Both the position numbers and the translations under genes were made by a program. The notes beneath the pieces are model-generated. The model worked only from the letters and a program-made list of their open reading frames with translations, made no database searches and was not told where the DNA came from. This document shows, piece by piece, positions 38,541-45,689 of a stretch of DNA of 47,288 nt. The DNA comes from a virus. The stretch spans positions 1 to 47,288 of IMG/VR virus record IMGVR_UViG_3300026554_000027; one strand, written 5' to 3'. Numbering within the stretch: position 1 is the first letter of the stretch; each line of letters starts with the position of its first letter.

Positions 38541-39640
38541 AGGTCAGCCCATCCATACTTCGTTATTTTGTTCCCACCTTGTTCAATGAACTGTCTGCAC
38601 GACCTGTCAAAGTCATACATGATGTGCGACTCATCACCGTAATCACGATTCTTTGTGATGCTTATCGAACAGTCTGCGTTTTTCTCCGTCCTCTCTTTCT
38701 CGTCTAGTTTCTTTACATTGATAACGTTGTCAGCTCTGTTTGTGATGTCCGATGAACCGCTTACGTTGTCGTTGATGTCTCCGCTATCCCCTTTCTTTGG
38801 ATGTGCAACAAGAACAATATGGCAAAAGTTTTCCTGTGCGAAGTCTTTCAACGCTCCGGCAAAGTTTGATTGTGCTCTCCAGTAGTTTTGCTCATTATCA
38901 ATCTCATACTTGGCAGTCATCAGGTTGTCTACAAAGAATAAGTCACAGCCATATACTCGCCTTGCCATGGCGAAACGTTCCAGGATAGCGTTCTTGTCAG
39001 AGTGCTTTGACACGGAATTGTCGTATAGTAATAGTTTCTTGCCAAGCCAAGCACGTATTCTTTGTTCTATGTATTTCTCAACGTAATAATCCGTGTTACC
39101 AAACTGATCTCTTTCAGCAACCATGTGTTCAGGACCTGCCGCCTGTGCGAAAATCCACGATTGAAACATCCTTGCAGACAGCTCGCCAGAGTAAAAACAA
39201 ACCTTGTGACCGTCTTGGATTGCGTTAAGTGCAAGTTGCCCTGCGAACGTTGATTTGCCCTGTCCTCTTTTGCCCGTCAGAATGGTCAAAGATGAATCAC
39301 CAAGACCACGAAGCAAGCTGTCTATTTTACTAAACCCTGTACTGATCCTGAACTTTTTCTTTTCTGACTTGTAATCGGATACAACGATGAGTCCTTCTTC
39401 TGGTTTTTCAAACCGGATTGTTTCTGCGAGTTGCTTCCCAATTGTGTCTGTGTTTGCAAGCCGAGACTTGAACTCTGCTATTGGACGAGCCGTGGCTTTG
39501 CACCCATCGCACCACCATGTTCCGTCTGTCTCAAACGACAATGTGTTTTCTTGTTGGCAGATAGGACAGTGCTCAACGTGGTATTTAGTGCCAATCCAAT
39601 ATCCATGGCTAAGGTGTGATGCAAAGAGCGGTGCTTCCAT
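38534..39640 (-). CDS. DnaB-family replicative helicase with N-terminal zinc finger
   Basis: CPICQ...WWCDGC zinc finger, Walker A LTGKRGQGKST, DLFFVDNL (Walker B-like). GGAGG RBS 7 nt before the ATG at 39640. Confidence 0.85.
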   Translation of the reverse strand: MEAPLFASHLSHGYWIGTKYHVEHCPICQQENTLSFETDGTWWCDGCKATARPIAEFKSRLANTDTIGKQLAETIRFEKPEEGLIVVSDYKSEKKKFRISTGFSKIDSLLRGLGDSSLTILTGKRGQGKSTFAGQLALNAIQDGHKVCFYSGELSARMFQSWIFAQAAGPEHMVAERDQFGNTDYYVEKYIEQRIRAWLGKKLLLYDNSVSKHSDKNAILERFAMARRVYGCDLFFVDNLMTAKYEIDNEQNYWRAQSNFAGALKDFAQENFCHIVLVAHPKKGDSGDINDNVSGSSDITNRADNVINVKKLDEKERTEKNADCSISITKNRDYGDESHIMYDFDRSCRQFIEQGGNKITKYGWADLC

Positions 39641-39642
39641 TA

Positions 39643-39939
39643 TCATTCCTCCGAGTCTGCGAAAAATCTGTCGTACCAAATCTCATTATACAAGTCAGGG
39701 TAGTGTTGCATAAAGTTTTCTAGTTCTGGCATGAATGAGTTACTGCACATTCTGTTGATTTCATCCATGAACTCATGGCCTTGCCTGGGATCACCACCAT
39801 GAAAGAACTCGTTGCGTTTGTGTCTCAATTCTACCAGAAACGCACAGCGTTGTGCCAACCACTTGATATTATCTTTCGGCCAAACGGACATGGGAAGAGG
39901 GAACATTGCGACTGCTGATGTGTATTGATAGTCTTTCAC
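39643..39939 (-). CDS. hypothetical protein (GTG start)
   Basis: GGAAGGAG RBS 6 nt before GTG. GTGA coupling. Confidence 0.55.
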   Translation of the reverse strand: MKDYQYTSAVAMFPLPMSVWPKDNIKWLAQRCAFLVELRHKRNEFFHGGDPRQGHEFMDEINRMCSNSFMPELENFMQHYPDLYNEIWYDRFFADSEE

Positions 39940-40994
39940 ATAATTCTCCTTCCGTCATTGAATATGGACGTTTGCTCCTGCTTTGGCTTTTGCTGTTTAG
40001 GATTGTTCTTCTCCCACGTCCTGACGGCGGCTTTCCAGTCTTGCATCTTTGTCTTACCAACCATCCAGCCACGTGCCTCATAGTAGTCAAGCCAATACGA
40101 AGGATCAATGCCGTTATCTCGCTGGATGCAATAAGCCCGAACTTCATCTAACGTTGGTTTAGTGAACGTTGTCCTTGCTCGCCGTGGTGAAATACTCTTT
40201 TCTTCAACCACTTGTTGGTTGATAATATCTTTCTCTAACTCTGTCTCTTTCTCTAACTCTATCTCTATATACTGTTTCGAAGCGTTTCTGTAACGTTTCA
40301 TCATCATGTCATCAAAACCAACGTTGTCTAAAATGTGCTGTTCTGGCAAAATCCCTAAAACCTTGTTTTTACTTTTGTTGTGAAGTGATGTGTGGCAAGA
40401 TGAACATAATGTTACAAGGTTTTCAATTCTAATTGTGTCATCATTGTTTGCATCGTACGGGATTATGTGATGCACCATAAGTTTTGTTTCTGCTCCACAT
40501 CTCTTGCAAACAAACCCATCTCTTTCTAAAACCTTATAATAAAACCCTCCATATCTTTTGTTGTTTATATGTGCTTCAATAAAATTTTGTGTTCTTTCAG
40601 AAAGAAGTTTTTGCTTTTCTCTGAACTTCTCAACTCTTTCTGTTGAGTTTTTAGAAGAACTTCCAAGCATTTTATCAACTTCGTTCATGTAAATTGTTTC
40701 GTCATCCATTATGTCAATCAAATTTAGTTTTGAAAAAATATCAAGAGCCTGTCTTACAACCTTGACATCTGTATTTGTTATTGTTGAAAGCATTTCTTCG
40801 TTGTATGGAAGCGAGTCGTTAAACCGTAAGCTTCCGTTGTTTTCTATGCTTTCCAAAAGAAGTTTAAGATAAAACAAAACAAAATCTTTTCCACTGGGCA
40901 TTGACTCTATCAGAACAATATCTTTTCTTTTGAAAAAGTCGTTCTTTAACTTTAACCAGTAGTATCTTCTGTTATCCGCTTTGTTCTGTTCCAT
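39936..40994 (-). CDS. replisome organiser (Phage_rep_org_N-like) with an embedded HNH nuclease domain
   Basis: The N-terminus RRYYWLKLKNDFF...FVLFYLKLLL is typical of the replisome-organiser N domain. The middle segment CKRCG...HHIIP...ENLVTLCSSCHTSLHN is HNH. The C-terminal segment TLDEVRAYC...WLDYYEARGW..GKTKMQDWKAAVRTWEKN is typical of organiser/DnaD-like tails. Confidence 0.8.
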   Translation of the reverse strand: MEQNKADNRRYYWLKLKNDFFKRKDIVLIESMPSGKDFVLFYLKLLLESIENNGSLRFNDSLPYNEEMLSTITNTDVKVVRQALDIFSKLNLIDIMDDETIYMNEVDKMLGSSSKNSTERVEKFREKQKLLSERTQNFIEAHINNKRYGGFYYKVLERDGFVCKRCGAETKLMVHHIIPYDANNDDTIRIENLVTLCSSCHTSLHNKSKNKVLGILPEQHILDNVGFDDMMMKRYRNASKQYIEIELEKETELEKDIINQQVVEEKSISPRRARTTFTKPTLDEVRAYCIQRDNGIDPSYWLDYYEARGWMVGKTKMQDWKAAVRTWEKNNPKQQKPKQEQTSIFNDGRRIM

Positions 40995-41142
40995 CTTTTC
41001 TGACCCTTTCTACTTCTGATTCTTCTATTTTGTACACATTGCCAATGCGCACGGCGTCAATTTTGCCGGAACGTATCAGCTTGATTACTGTCGGCTTACT
41101 GATGCCAAGAATTTCAGAAGCCTTTTGAGCCGATATTCTCAT
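40972..41142 (-). CDS. small Xis/MerR-like HTH protein (56 aa)
   Basis: GGAGAG RBS. ASEILGISKPTVIKLIRSGKIDAVRIGNVYKIEESEVERV. Confidence 0.5.
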   Translation of the reverse strand: MRISAQKASEILGISKPTVIKLIRSGKIDAVRIGNVYKIEESEVERVRKDGTEQSG

Positions 41143-41163
41143 ACTCACTCTCCTCTGTTTATG

Positions 41164-41191
41164 ATTTTAACATACTTTACAAATAAGTCAA
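41164..41191 (-). promoter_or_regulatory. promoter (TTGACT, 16-nt spacer, TGtTAAAAT)
   Basis: On the minus strand: agTTGACTtatttgtaaagtaTGtTAAAAT, about 20 nt upstream of ORF 40972..41142. Confidence 0.55.
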
Positions 41192-41197
41192 CTGGCC

Positions 41198-41725
41198 TTA
41201 CTTTCCATACATCTCTTCTTCCATGCAATCAATCTTGTAAGCAACATGATCTATGTTCTGCAACGCTTCAATGAAACCATCATCCATATTTTCCCAGGAC
41301 TTCGGATGCTCTTTCAATTTCTGGTTATACTTCCTGTGCAAATCAAGAAGATTGTCATATTCGTCTTGCTCGCTGTATCTCTTCACAGCCATCTTTGCTT
41401 CTTGAATTGACCTTGATTTTACCCACGCTTTCTCAGCATCATCGGAGCCAACCACGCCCAAGTTGAAATCTTTATCAAGAATCTTAACTGCATCTGTGTA
41501 ATCAACGTTCAAGATTTTCTTTGCAAGAGCGATTGAGTCACCTTTGGCATGGCAAACAAAGCAATAAAACCCCTTTTTGCCATCACCAAACAACTGCATG
41601 TTACTGTCTACTCCTTGATGAAATGGACACGGACACCTGTTTGCTCGATTGACTTTCAGCCCATACTTCTTAGCGACATCCAGCGCAGATACTTGTTTTG
41701 CAATCAACTCAGATATGTAACTCAT
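41198..41725 (-). CDS. primase zinc-finger (zf-CHC2) protein lacking a recognisable catalytic domain
   Basis: CPCPFHQGVDSNMQLF...FYCFVCHAKGDSI is the CHC2 finger. 175 aa, with no Toprim/RNAP motifs seen. Confidence 0.65.
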   Translation of the reverse strand: MSYISELIAKQVSALDVAKKYGLKVNRANRCPCPFHQGVDSNMQLFGDGKKGFYCFVCHAKGDSIALAKKILNVDYTDAVKILDKDFNLGVVGSDDAEKAWVKSRSIQEAKMAVKRYSEQDEYDNLLDLHRKYNQKLKEHPKSWENMDDGFIEALQNIDHVAYKIDCMEEEMYGK

Positions 41726-41880
41726 TTTGTAGTCCTGTTCCTGACTCGCTCAACTTCTTCTTCTTCTACACGTAGTGTTTTGCCGAGTTGAACAGCAATC
41801 AGCCTTCCATCTTTAATCATTCGATAAACCGTCATGCGACTAACACCGAAGATTTTAGCCACCTTTGTAATTGAAAGCAC
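41722..41880 (-). CDS. small Xis/MerR-like HTH protein (52 aa, GTG start), paralogue of 40972..41142
   Basis: GAGGTGA RBS. VAKIFGVSRMTVYRMIKDGRLIAVQLGKTLRVEEEEVERV. Confidence 0.45.
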   Translation of the reverse strand: MLSITKVAKIFGVSRMTVYRMIKDGRLIAVQLGKTLRVEEEEVERVRNRTTK

Positions 41881-41904
41881 AATCTCACCTCTTTCTCACT
41901 CACT

Positions 41905-41932
41905 ATTATACTGCTTTGTTATTATTTGTCAA
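41905..41932 (-). promoter_or_regulatory. consensus sigma-A promoter (TTGACA, 16-nt spacer, TATAAT)
   Basis: On the minus strand: cgTTGACAaataataacaaagcagTATAATagtg, about 25 nt upstream of ORF 41722..41880. Confidence 0.7.
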
Positions 41933-41959
41933 CGTTTGTTACACTTAATGGGGATATAT

Positions 41960-41981
41960 GGGGAGCCATTTCTGACTCCCC
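41960..41981 (-). terminator. possible terminator hairpin after the SSB-like gene
   Basis: GGGGAG-10 nt-CTCCCC. The trailing AUAUAUCCCC is only weakly U-rich. Confidence 0.35.
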
Positions 41982-41989
41982 TTTCCTGC

Positions 41990-42358
41990 TTACAGATCGA
42001 ACGGAAGATTGTATGGGTCTGCTGCAACTGGCGGTACGAATCCAGCACTCGCGTTATTAGAAGGAATTTGTGCCGCTTCGTCACGTTTTTCTTCGCTGGA
42101 CAGCTTCACCGTAGCTTCATAGGACATACGCTTGTTGCCGTCCTTGTCCACCCACGGACGAACCTGAAAGCTCTCGATCTCTGCGATATTGATTGTGTCG
42201 CCGTCTGCAATCTCGTGGTTGCCCCACACAGTCAGCTTGTAGTTTGTGTATTCTTCCTGACCTTTGAGCTTCTCCCCAACGCTGAACTCAACAAGAGGAC
42301 CAGCAGATGTTTCACGATGCTTGACGAACTTGACTCGGAACTCTTGGTTTTTCTTCAT
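41990..42358 (-). CDS. single-stranded DNA-binding protein-like (OB-fold, acidic PF tail)
   Basis: 122 aa. The C-terminal ...DPYNLPFDL resembles the SSB D-D-D-I-P-F tip. It sits in the replication module. Confidence 0.6.
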   Translation of the reverse strand: MKKNQEFRVKFVKHRETSAGPLVEFSVGEKLKGQEEYTNYKLTVWGNHEIADGDTINIAEIESFQVRPWVDKDGNKRMSYEATVKLSSEEKRDEAAQIPSNNASAGFVPPVAADPYNLPFDL

Positions 42359-42376
42359 TTTGTCTCTCCTTAAATC

Positions 42377-42571
42377 TTAATTTTCTTTTACTTCTTCGTT
42401 CATGTAATCTGCCCAAACTTCGCAACAAGGCTTTCCGGTTGACTCAAAGCATTGAATGTCTAGTGGGCATATCGGACATCTCATTGTCTGTGCCATGAAC
42501 AAACCTGCGTTCTCTGCGCTCTGAAATGCTTTCTCAAACCGTTTCATTTGTCTTTGTGCCTCATCTTTCAA
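42377..42571 (-). CDS. Cys-rich hypothetical protein (start uncertain: TTG 42571 or ATG 42547)
   Basis: CPICPLDIQC...CC. TTGA coupling to the mazG stop. Confidence 0.5.
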   Translation of the reverse strand: MKDEAQRQMKRFEKAFQSAENAGLFMAQTMRCPICPLDIQCFESTGKPCCEVWADYMNEEVKEN

Positions 42572-42897
42572 AACACCTTTCCGTGCTTGGTTGGCCTTGT
42601 GGCATTGTACTTCATCTTCATTTCGATGATGTGTTCAAGATCAATCTTGTGTCTGCCACAAAAGTCTGCTATGCGGATGACGCAATCGGCAAGCTCTACT
42701 CCGACACCCTCCGGCTTCTCGCTATTCTTTTCGTAGTAGATAAGCTCCGGTGAGTGCCCCTTGCGAGCTTCCTCAAGGGCTTCTGATAGTTCAGAGTGCA
42801 TCAGGGCAATCGCTTCACCTACGCCACGGTCCTCATCCCACCAGCCTTTCTCCATAGCCATTCCGTGTGCCTGTTCCACCATCTCTTTGATTGTCAT
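42568..42897 (-). CDS. mazG: MazG-like nucleotide pyrophosphohydrolase
   Basis: HSELSEALEEARKG...EGVGVELADCVIRIADFC is the MazG EExxE/ExxD pattern. ATG at 42897 (ATGA coupling). Confidence 0.8.
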   Translation of the reverse strand: MTIKEMVEQAHGMAMEKGWWDEDRGVGEAIALMHSELSEALEEARKGHSPELIYYEKNSEKPEGVGVELADCVIRIADFCGRHKIDLEHIIEMKMKYNATRPTKHGKVF

Positions 42898-43415
42898 CCG
42901 TTCTTCTCCTTTGCTTCTAGCATTTCTACAAGTCGAGTTAAATACCATTTTGCCTTTTGGTAATCTTGCAATCCGTTTTTCTTTGGTGCCCTGCATACAT
43001 ACTGTAGGATGCTTAAGACATATCCCCATTCTACCGCACTATACCCACCGTGAACAGCCAATTCGTCGAGAAAGTCTATCAATTCATACTTGCCAATCAT
43101 GTAGTGCTTTGGTGAATTGACCATATTATCTGGCTGTGCATCAGGTTCCATGGCGTCTGAGTTCACTCCCCAAAACTTTTCCTTTTCGTCTTGTGTTACT
43201 TCATCTTCTACTTTGCACTCAATCATATGATCTTCCCAAAAATATCCTTCCCCTTCAAGTTCGGTAAAATCTTCATACATCTTGTAGTAATCATCACCGA
43301 CACAACGCACCGTCATAACCTTGCCAGACCACATCAACATCCTTGCTACTGTACCCGCATCACTTATAGACAAATCTTCCCTAATCTTTACACGATCTCC
43401 AACTTTGTATTTCAT
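42894..43415 (-). CDS. DUF3310 domain protein
   Basis: VNSPKHY...ELIDFL...ILQYVCRAPKKNGLQDYQKAKWYL matches the DUF3310 pattern. Confidence 0.7.
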   Translation of the reverse strand: MKYKVGDRVKIREDLSISDAGTVARMLMWSGKVMTVRCVGDDYYKMYEDFTELEGEGYFWEDHMIECKVEDEVTQDEKEKFWGVNSDAMEPDAQPDNMVNSPKHYMIGKYELIDFLDELAVHGGYSAVEWGYVLSILQYVCRAPKKNGLQDYQKAKWYLTRLVEMLEAKEKNG

Positions 43416-44101
43416 AGCGTCACCTCTACTCCTTTATCAGCTATCACCGGAATTATTCCTGTCAGTTTAAATAGCTCATACTTGATCCGTTCTGCATCGC
43501 TGTTCTTGTCGCTCAAGTGGCAGATGATGAGGGTCTTGAGCTTGTATCCTTCGCTGTCCATCATCTTCTGTAGCAGTTCCTTAGCCCTGCGAAGCGAGTT
43601 GTGATACTTGACAAGCCGTAGATACCTGTCGCCTAACTCGTTCTGTTTTGACTCAATGATATCGTCGATGTAACTTATCTCCAGTATCAACGTGTCAACC
43701 GTGGCAGGAACCAGCTTCGTGTATGAGAAGTCAGTCATGTAGGCAATCTTATGCTTTGTAGGTTTATGGTAGAGCAGATAAGCCCAGTTCCTTACATCAT
43801 GTTCAACGTCCCACGCCTTGATTTTCCAATCGCCTATCTCAAACTCTGTCTGTGTGGACTCCCAATCGTCAATAGGTGGCGAGATTGTGGGTATTCCTGC
43901 TTTCTTGATGTCATCAAAGCACTTGCCATGATCTGCGTGACCGTGCGTAAGAGCAACGAAATCAACCCTGTCCAACTGCCATCCGCAACTCTCTTTGAAC
44001 CGTGGGAACGCAAGCCCTGCATCGAGATAGACATACCGCTCGTTGTGTGACAGCCGGTGCATATTTCCTTTACTGCCCGTCCCAAAGCATTTGTACTTCA
44101 C
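43412..44101 (-). CDS. metallo-beta-lactamase-fold hydrolase (GTG start)
   Basis: VALTHGHADHG motif. 229 aa. Next to recT, so it may be the nuclease partner. Confidence 0.75.
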   Translation of the reverse strand: MKYKCFGTGSKGNMHRLSHNERYVYLDAGLAFPRFKESCGWQLDRVDFVALTHGHADHGKCFDDIKKAGIPTISPPIDDWESTQTEFEIGDWKIKAWDVEHDVRNWAYLLYHKPTKHKIAYMTDFSYTKLVPATVDTLILEISYIDDIIESKQNELGDRYLRLVKYHNSLRRAKELLQKMMDSEGYKLKTLIICHLSDKNSDAERIKYELFKLTGIIPVIADKGVEVTL

Positions 44102-44292
44102 TTGTTTACCTCATCCCATGCGTGGACATACGGAGCGTACTTCTGAACCATTTCCTTGCGCTTGTTAAAGAATTCATGGACGTACTTGACCGACACACCG
44201 TACTTCTCTGCTGTGACTCGCTGTGATGCTCCATTAAGCAAGTCGGTGAACATCGCCACCCTTTGCTTCTCTGTCAGCTTTTCTTCAAACAT
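44098..44292 (-). CDS. small HTH protein (sigma region-4 / LuxR-like)
   Basis: LTEKQRVAMFTDLLNGASQRVTAEKYGVSVKYVHEF. Confidence 0.55.
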   Translation of the reverse strand: MFEEKLTEKQRVAMFTDLLNGASQRVTAEKYGVSVKYVHEFFNKRKEMVQKYAPYVHAWDEVNK

Positions 44293-44304
44293 CTGATCAC
44301 CACC

Positions 44305-45180
44305 TCACAAATCAAATGCGCTGTCGTCTAGCGTAAGCTGTTCCAGTTCGTCAACCTCTTTCACGTCTCCTGCCATATCGCTATCGGTAACAACAACAGG
44401 ATCAACAGCATCGCAAACGGGATCGTCACCACCGATATCAATAATGTCCTGATTAGCTTTAGAATCATGATCTTCCTCGATTTCTTCTGCCTGGTCGAAC
44501 AACGAATCATTGTTTGTGGCGTTGAGCAGTTTCGCAAGTCTACGAAGAACCGTTTTCTTGCACATTTCGGATGTCGTCAAGTTGTGAGCCTTTGAGTCGC
44601 CTTTTGCAATCCCGAAGTTCCAGCTTTTCTTAATGTCTGCAAGCGGCATATACTCTGCTTGGCTTGTCCCGTCAAAGAACTCAACGCACGCATAAGCACC
44701 TTTGATTTTTTCAGGGGCGATATTGTCGATGTCCTGTTCGTGAAGTGTAATCTCTTTTCTGCCATTAACAATTTTGAATTTAAAAATGTCTCCTTGATAG
44801 ACAATTTCGCTGTAAATGTTTTTCACGTTGTGGTTGTTCTGTTTCAGCTTGTAACATTCTCCGAGATAACTGGTCAACATTGTCAGCTTGTTGCCGTAGA
44901 CAACGGGATAGAAATGTGTCTTGTTTGCATAGAGTCCGTCTTGCACTACCTTGAGAAGGAACTCTTTAATTGAATCAGGCGTGCAAACAGTCAATGCAGG
45001 TTTGTCGTTCTTGTCTACTGTCTGCTGTATAGCAAGCATGGCACTTTGTAATCCGTTCGCAAGGGCGTACCCTTTTGGCACAACAATTCCAGTCGATGAA
45101 ACCTTTTCTGAAACCGCTCGCACGGTCATGTCTACATATTCTTCCATTGTTGCCGGTTGTTTAGTAATAATTTCGCTCAT
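44305..45180 (-). CDS. recT: RecT-family single-strand annealing protein
   Basis: CTPDSIKEFLLKVVQDGLYANKTHFYPVVYGNKL...YSEIVYQGD.F and KKTVLRRLAKLL match RecT hallmarks. Confidence 0.75.
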   Translation of the reverse strand: MSEIITKQPATMEEYVDMTVRAVSEKVSSTGIVVPKGYALANGLQSAMLAIQQTVDKNDKPALTVCTPDSIKEFLLKVVQDGLYANKTHFYPVVYGNKLTMLTSYLGECYKLKQNNHNVKNIYSEIVYQGDIFKFKIVNGRKEITLHEQDIDNIAPEKIKGAYACVEFFDGTSQAEYMPLADIKKSWNFGIAKGDSKAHNLTTSEMCKKTVLRRLAKLLNATNNDSLFDQAEEIEEDHDSKANQDIIDIGGDDPVCDAVDPVVVTDSDMAGDVKEVDELEQLTLDDSAFDL

Positions 45181-45196
45181 TCTTTTTCTCCTTTAT

Positions 45197-45220
45197 TTCG
45201 GTTAAGGTCACTATTGCGTC
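45197..45220 (-). repeat. 24-nt intercistronic element, copy G (GACGCAATAGTGACCTTAACCGAA)
   Basis: Stop fused as TATTGACGCAAT. Upstream of recT. Confidence 0.8.
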
Positions 45221-45392
45221 AATACTCGGTTATGTTTTTGTTTTCAACAACACCAATAGCATAACTAATTGCGTACAATGCTCCGCTGTAAAAATCACTC
45301 AAATGATTGTGTTCTTTACACTTTTCTTGAATTTTTTCTCTTTCTTCTAACAAAAGCTCTAATGCAATTTCATAATTTTCTTTATAAGTCAT
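45219..45392 (-). CDS. small hypothetical protein (57 aa)
   Basis: ATG at 45392 with an AAAGGGG RBS. The track TTG start lies inside the 24-nt element. Confidence 0.5.
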   Translation of the reverse strand: MTYKENYEIALELLLEEREKIQEKCKEHNHLSDFYSGALYAISYAIGVVENKNITEY

Positions 45393-45406
45393 GGCATCCC
45401 CTTTCA

Positions 45407-45430
45407 AACGCAATTTCGCTCAATTGCGTC
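45407..45430 (-). repeat. 24-nt intercistronic element, copy H (GACGCAATTGAGCGAAATTGCGTT)
   Basis: Perfect CGCAAT/ATTGCG arms. Contains the stop of 45420..45689. Confidence 0.85.
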
Positions 45431-45689
45431 CTTCTTCCAATCGTGCGTTAATCATGTCAGACAGCATCCAGATGACCTCTCCCTTTTCATTGCCGTCCTG
45501 AATCAGTCCTGTGAGAAACATCGCTATGGAGTTCAGTATAACCTTGTCACTGCCGGATGATACCATCTCAACCTGCCTGTTATCGTCCACCCTTGCCACG
45601 ATGAATCCCTGTTCTGCGCCTGTCTTGTGCGTCTTGAGCACATCATAGGCAAAGTCAATCACGTCCTTGTCTGTCACTTCTTCAATCAT
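45420..45689 (-). CDS. hypothetical protein (its C-terminal 29 aa are duplicated in ORF 2367..2519)
   Basis: 89-aa ORF with ATGA coupling. Confidence 0.6.
   Translation of the reverse strand: MIEEVTDKDVIDFAYDVLKTHKTGAEQGFIVARVDDNRQVEMVSSGSDKVILNSIAMFLTGLIQDGNEKGEVIWMLSDMINARLEEGRN

Noticed and set aside
45197-45220. Reading the 24-nt boundary element as an ordinary sigma-A promoter, because copies C and G contain TTGACG
   Set aside because: At 17-18 nt downstream the sequence is GAAGAA, GAAATA or ATTGCG, not a TAnnnT -10 box. Other copies have ATGACG, AGGACG or AGTTCG in place of the -35.
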